Of a DNA stretch of 53,909 nucleotides, positions 50,094-53,909 are shown one piece after another; position 1 is the first letter of the stretch, and each line of letters starts with the position of its first letter. The stretch is from a virus. Lineage: Duplodnaviria; Caudoviricetes. The stretch covers positions 1 through 53,909 of IMG/VR virus record IMGVR_UViG_3300048597_000276, one strand, 5' to 3'. Below the pieces are notes generated by a model that was given only the letters and a program-made list of their open reading frames with translations, did no database searches and was not told the origin of the DNA. The translations under genes were made by a program, and so were the position numbers.

Positions 50094-50777
50094 ATGCCCA
50101 AGGGCTCCCCCAGGGCCTCACAGGAGGCCTTTGATCTCACCCCTCCTCCCAACCCCCACAGCTCCGACGATCCGATGCGGCTGCCGCGTCTGCTCGGCGC
50201 GCTGGCCCACATGGGCATGCCTCGGTCCATGCTCGCGGTCCTTGCCGAGCTCGGCCAGGTCGAGGCCGGCGACGGCGCCGACGAGACGCACTGGCTGCAC
50301 GGGCCGCTGGTCGTGCACAGCGCCGGCGGCTGGCACCAGGATCTGCCGCAGTGGGCCAGGCAGCAGGCGATCGCCGAGCGGTGGCTGATCGTGAACGGCG
50401 AGCTGCCCGGGCATCTGGTCGGGCCGGCCGAGCTGCTCTGCGTCATGTACGCCGCCAGCCTGGAGGCGCCGAGGGGCGAGCGGTTCACCGACCTCTACTG
50501 CTGGGCCACCGCGAAGGCGGTCGAGCGGTGGAAGGGCGTCTCGGCCGAGGCGACGCTCAAGGCCGCGGGTGCGCGGGTCAGCGACGCGGACGTGCTCGAG
50601 CCCAAGGGCCGGCTGCACCACGACTACCGGATGCTCGCCGGCGAGATCCGCCGCAAGGTGGCGAACGCCCGGCGCGAGGAGCTGAAGGCCGCGAAGCGTG
50701 AGGCTGTGCCCGAGCCGAAGGCGAAGCCGACGGCGCCGGCGCGGGTCGAGCGCGAGCAGTTCGCGATGTTCGCGTGA
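50094..50777 (+). CDS. hypothetical protein
   Basis: Leader TCCTTCCATAAGGGA; LVGPAE...YAASLEAP...LYCWA. Confidence 0.7.
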   Translation: MPKGSPRASQEAFDLTPPPNPHSSDDPMRLPRLLGALAHMGMPRSMLAVLAELGQVEAGDGADETHWLHGPLVVHSAGGWHQDLPQWARQQAIAERWLIVNGELPGHLVGPAELLCVMYAASLEAPRGERFTDLYCWATAKAVERWKGVSAEATLKAAGARVSDADVLEPKGRLHHDYRMLAGEIRRKVANARREELKAAKREAVPEPKAKPTAPARVEREQFAMFA

Positions 50778-51139
50778 GCTGGCCGTTCCAGGCCGTGGCC
50801 CGTCGCAAGGTCAACGGCGGGCCCAAGGCCACGGCCTCGGACGAGATCACCTGGGCCGGGCTGTGGCGCGAGCGGCGGTGGCTGCTGGTGTCACGGCCGC
50901 GGCTGAACAACCCGCTGGAGAGCTTCGTCACCAGCTCGGGCCACCGGCTGCGCGACAGCTGGGTCGGCTCGAGCGGGCACTGGATCGACCTCGTGGTGAA
51001 GGAGCCCAGAAATCCGAGCGACGACGAGCTCGAGGAGCTGCAGGTCCTGGCCCAGCAGGTCGACTCTCGGCCGGTGCGCGTGCGGCGGTACCAGCGCCGG
51101 GCCGAGCCCTTGACGCCCGATGCTGGACTGTTAGTCTAG
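50774..51139 (+). CDS. hypothetical protein
   Basis: GTGA coupling. Confidence 0.55.
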   Translation: MSWPFQAVARRKVNGGPKATASDEITWAGLWRERRWLLVSRPRLNNPLESFVTSSGHRLRDSWVGSSGHWIDLVVKEPRNPSDDELEELQVLAQQVDSRPVRVRRYQRRAEPLTPDAGLLV

Positions 51140-51142
51140 CTC

Positions 51143-51264
51143 CGCTAATGCGTTGCCCGATGGTGCTGCCGGTTCCGTCCCTTCGCGGGGGAAGATCACC
51201 CGGCAGAACCCGCTCGGAAGCGCGGAAAGAGCCCCGGTGCGCCGTTCACCGGGGCTTTTTCTTT
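51143..51264 (+). ncRNA. candidate structured ncRNA
   Basis: TTGACG-N16-TAGTCT promoter (51110-51137); CTGCCGG/CCGGCAG stem with an inner hairpin; terminator AGCCCCGGTG...CACCGGGGCTTTTT. Confidence 0.55.
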
Positions 51265-51326
51265 GCCCGAACAGTAGAGCGCAGCTCAATACTCGACTGA
51301 GCATATCTTCCTCTTTACTAACTCTG

Positions 51327-51343
51327 CTATACTGCTAGGCTAG
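51327..51343 (+). promoter_or_regulatory. early promoter/operator repeat, copy 8 (degenerate)
   Basis: CTATACTGCTAGGCTAG followed by CAATGAACCTTCCGCAGGAG, as in copy 2. Confidence 0.75.
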
Positions 51344-51379
51344 GTTTACTAATCAATGAACCTTCCGCAGGAGCGAACC

Positions 51380-51586
51380 ATGGAATACACGATCGAGGCC
51401 TTGCGCGAGCCAGAGAGCGGCGCCCCCTACTGGTACATCCTCGGCAGCGAGCGGACCAGCGGCCGGGCGCAGGAACGCATGAACGACTACCGGCACACCT
51501 TCCCCAAGCTGCCGCTGCGCGTGGTCGAGGCGGGCACGCGCAAGCTGGTCGTGCTCAGCGACCCGCGCCCTGTCGACGCCTGCTGA
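51380..51586 (+). CDS. hypothetical protein
   Basis: Conserved leader at 51361. Confidence 0.6.
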   Translation: MEYTIEALREPESGAPYWYILGSERTSGRAQERMNDYRHTFPKLPLRVVEAGTRKLVVLSDPRPVDAC

Positions 51587-51668
51587 TCCCGCCGCCGGCG
51601 CGGTCCGCTTGGCTTGCCCAGGTGGACCAGCCCCGCTAAACCCTCAGTCTAGCCGAAAGGTTCTCGCC

Positions 51669-51770
51669 ATGTGGACCGGATCCGACCTCATCGACGCCGC
51701 CGTCATCGTGCTCGGCGTGCTGCTCCTGACCGTCCTGTTCGGCGACCCGACCACCTGGGGGATGCGATGA
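51669..51770 (+). CDS. 33-aa single-TM peptide
   Basis: MWTGSDLIDAAVIVLGVLLLTVLFGDPTTWGMR; AAAGG RBS; ATGA coupling to the next gene. Confidence 0.55.
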   Translation: MWTGSDLIDAAVIVLGVLLLTVLFGDPTTWGMR

Positions 51771-52210
51771 CGGTCCTCCCGCCCGACGCCGACAAGCTCG
51801 CCCATCTGGTGCGCGTGGGCCAGAAGCTCCTGGCCGCCGACGTCGAGATCAGCGCCGCGCGAGCCCGGGCGCATGCCATCGCCATGGGCCGCAAGCGCGG
51901 GGTCGACCTCGGCTTCATGCCGCGCCCCGACCCGACAGCGATGGTCGAGGCCGCGACCGGCGAGGCCGACCGCGCGCTCGATGGCAACTACGGCATCAGC
52001 CACGACACCGCCGCCCTGGCGCGCGCCCTGGCCATGGCCTGCAAGCTGCACGCCGAGACGCCGTTCGTCCCCGGCAACGGACCCATCCGCGACGCCGAGT
52101 GGCACTTCCGCGAGGCCGCCCGGCTGATCCAGCTCGGGTTGAACCAGCGCCAGAACGCCGACGCGGCGCGGCGGATCGTGGACCGCGTCGCGCAACCCGT
52201 CGAACCCTAA
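51767..52210 (+). CDS. hypothetical protein
   Basis: ATGA coupling. Confidence 0.6.
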   Translation: MTVLPPDADKLAHLVRVGQKLLAADVEISAARARAHAIAMGRKRGVDLGFMPRPDPTAMVEAATGEADRALDGNYGISHDTAALARALAMACKLHAETPFVPGNGPIRDAEWHFREAARLIQLGLNQRQNADAARRIVDRVAQPVEP

Positions 52211-52226
52211 GCCTGGGAGATCGCAA

Positions 52227-52388
52227 TTGGGCAGCAAGGTGTTTGCACAGATCGGCGTGGGGGCGAGCGGCCTGCTCGTCCTCGCCCTGGTCGGGAAGCT
52301 GTGGGTGGGGCTCCTGCTTCTCGCCGCATACGGCCTCTACCGAGGCCGTCGCCCCATCCTCGCAGTGGTCAAGGAGTACCTGAAGTAA
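52227..52388 (+). CDS. 53-aa membrane protein
   Basis: GGGAGA RBS with TTG start; hydrophobic; TAATG coupling to the terB-like gene. Confidence 0.6.
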   Translation: MGSKVFAQIGVGASGLLVLALVGKLWVGLLLLAAYGLYRGRRPILAVVKEYLK

Positions 52389-52828
52389 TGTTCGGAGCAC
52401 TGAAGAAGCGTTTCACCGACGCGCTCGACGCCAACCTTGGGCGGTTCGCCGCCGACAAGGATTTGTTGGAAGGCGCCATGGCCGCGTGCGCCATGATCGC
52501 CGCCGGCGACGGCCAGATCGAGGCGCAGGAGCGGCAGAAGACGGCCGAGTTCGTGCGTCGTCATCCCAGCATGAAGCACTTCGATGGCAGCGAGGCCGGC
52601 AGGCTGTTCCTGCAGTTCTGCGGCGAGTTCGACTTCGATGCCGGCATGGGCCAGACCGCCTGCCTGAAGCAGATCAGCGAGGTCCGTGGCGACGAGAAGC
52701 GGACGCTCGTGATGCAGCTGGCGCTCGCGATCGCCAAGTCCGACGGCGAGTTCGAGCCCGGCGAGAAGGTCGCGGCCACGAAGATCTGCGACACGCTCGG
52801 CCTGAGCCGCAGCGACTTCGGCCTCTAG
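52388..52828 (+). CDS. terB: TerB-family protein
   Basis: AACAMIAAGDGQIEAQERQK...FDFD...G...AIAKSDGEFEPGEK...IC..LGL. Confidence 0.85.
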   Translation: MFGALKKRFTDALDANLGRFAADKDLLEGAMAACAMIAAGDGQIEAQERQKTAEFVRRHPSMKHFDGSEAGRLFLQFCGEFDFDAGMGQTACLKQISEVRGDEKRTLVMQLALAIAKSDGEFEPGEKVAATKICDTLGLSRSDFGL

Positions 52829-52831
52829 CCG

Positions 52832-52960
52832 GTGCGCGGGCGATTGCAGGAGCGGTCGCCCGCCGACCGCTCGGGCGACGGCCGCTGGCTCGGTCCAGCG
52901 TTGCTGCTCAGCGCGTGTCTGCACGCTCTACTGATCGGCGCCGTCGTCACCTTCCTCTGA
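52832..52960 (+). CDS. possible 42-aa TM peptide with SxxxH motif
   Basis: ...RWLGPALLLSACLHALLIGAVVTFL; no clear RBS. Confidence 0.35.
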   Translation: MRGRLQERSPADRSGDGRWLGPALLLSACLHALLIGAVVTFL

Positions 52961-52976
52961 TCCACAAGGAGAGATC

Positions 52977-53747
52977 ATGGCCACCGTGCCGATGCCGGAC
53001 AGCGATGTCCTCTACGTCCTCCAGTCCATCCCGAAGGACGTGCGCGAGCTCGTGCGCCGCCACCGTCTGGTGATCGCCGGCGGGTTCATCCGCGCCCTGA
53101 TCGCCCGCGAGAAAGCCCGCGACCTCGACCTGTTCGGGTCCAACGCCGCCACGCTGCGCAGCGCCGCCCAGGCGCTCGCGGCCAGCCGCGGCAGCCGCCT
53201 GCACGAGACGAAGAACGCGATCACGCTGATCGCCTCGGGCCGGCTGTACCTGCAGTTCATCACGCGCTGGACCTACGCGGACGCCGCCGCCATCGGCGTG
53301 GACACCGGGCGTGTGGATGTCGAGCGGCTGCTCGAGAGCTTCGATTTCACGGTCGCCCAGGCCGGGATCTGCTGGGACGCCGAGCGGAAGCAGTGGGTCG
53401 GCCGGGTCAGCGACCGGTTCTACCAGGACCTCGCGGCGAGGCGGCTGGTCTACACGCGGCCGGTCCGCGACGAGGAGGCCGGCGGCTCGCTGATGCGCGT
53501 CCGCAAGTTCCTCGGCCGAGGCTACTCGATCCAGATCCAGTCCTTCGCCCGCGTGATCGCGCGGCTGGTGATGGGCCTCGATTTCACGCGCGAGCCCACC
53601 GAGGAGTGGCTCGGCAAGCTTCTCACCGGCCTGCTGCGCGAGGTCGACCCGCTCGTCGTCGTCGATGGCGTCGAGGTCCCCGAGGAGGTGACCCCGGAGC
53701 TGCTCGCCGCCGAAGGGATGCCCGGCACCCCCGAGGACATCCTCTAG
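52977..53747 (+). CDS. Pol-beta superfamily nucleotidyltransferase (CCA/poly(A) polymerase head-like)
   Basis: IAGGFIR...RDLDLF (hGG...DxD) and FDFTV motifs. Confidence 0.78.
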   Translation: MATVPMPDSDVLYVLQSIPKDVRELVRRHRLVIAGGFIRALIAREKARDLDLFGSNAATLRSAAQALAASRGSRLHETKNAITLIASGRLYLQFITRWTYADAAAIGVDTGRVDVERLLESFDFTVAQAGICWDAERKQWVGRVSDRFYQDLAARRLVYTRPVRDEEAGGSLMRVRKFLGRGYSIQIQSFARVIARLVMGLDFTREPTEEWLGKLLTGLLREVDPLVVVDGVEVPEEVTPELLAAEGMPGTPEDIL

Positions 53748-53773
53748 CCCCCCCCGACCACAAGGAGAGAACG

Positions 53774-53909
53774 ATGGCTGACGTCGATCCGACCGCGAGC
53801 CAGGAGGCTCGCGCGCCCGAGCAGGAAACCTATGCCCAGGCGTCCGAGGACATGGGCAAGGCGCTGTGCGCGGCGGCCGGCGGCGCGTCCGCGGTGGTCG
53901 TCCTGGCGC
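53774..53909 (+). CDS. hypothetical protein (partial)
   Basis: Leader CCACAAGGAGAGAACG-ATG; runs off the window. Confidence 0.55.
   Translation, partial: MADVDPTASQEARAPEQETYAQASEDMGKALCAAAGGASAVVVLA

Noticed and set aside
28781-51343. Repeats as a CRISPR array or integron attC sites
   Set aside because: They are spaced kilobases apart, have promoter architecture, lack GTTRRRY cores, and no cas or intI gene is seen.

Overview
Roughly 70% GC window, probably alphaproteobacterial (inference). After about 0.5 kb of host DNA comes the left boundary of a large prophage, marked by the duplicated 3' half of a tRNA-Lys(CTT) gene at 525-571; the prophage runs off the right edge, and no integrase, repressor or replication gene was recognised here. 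From 591 to 28.6 kb on the minus strand is a siphovirus-type late region: TerS, TerL, a portal fused to a Mu gpF domain, a three-gene fibre-like insert, Mu-like protease/scaffold, decoration protein, major capsid protein, a 1008-aa glycosyltransferase-methyltransferase-glycosyltransferase fusion, neck, tail tube, frameshifted tail chaperone, 1748-aa tape measure, tail tip and lysis genes. From 28.8 to 53.9 kb, mostly on the plus strand, is a long array of small early/accessory genes, including three ParB-domain proteins, a TAGT/GREB1-like glycosyltransferase, an MgsA C-terminal-like protein, a SpoU methyltransferase, TerB and a nucleotidyltransferase. The most striking signal is regulatory. 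Eight copies of a palindromic promoter/operator and about 18 copies of a conserved CCTTCC(G/A)CA(G/A)GAGAG ribosome-binding leader occur in the early region. An unannotated ~100-nt promoter-to-terminator unit at ~32627-32730 has a single-stranded core that is the reverse complement of that leader, which suggests one antisense sRNA silencing the early regulon. All family assignments come from motif recognition by eye, not database searches.
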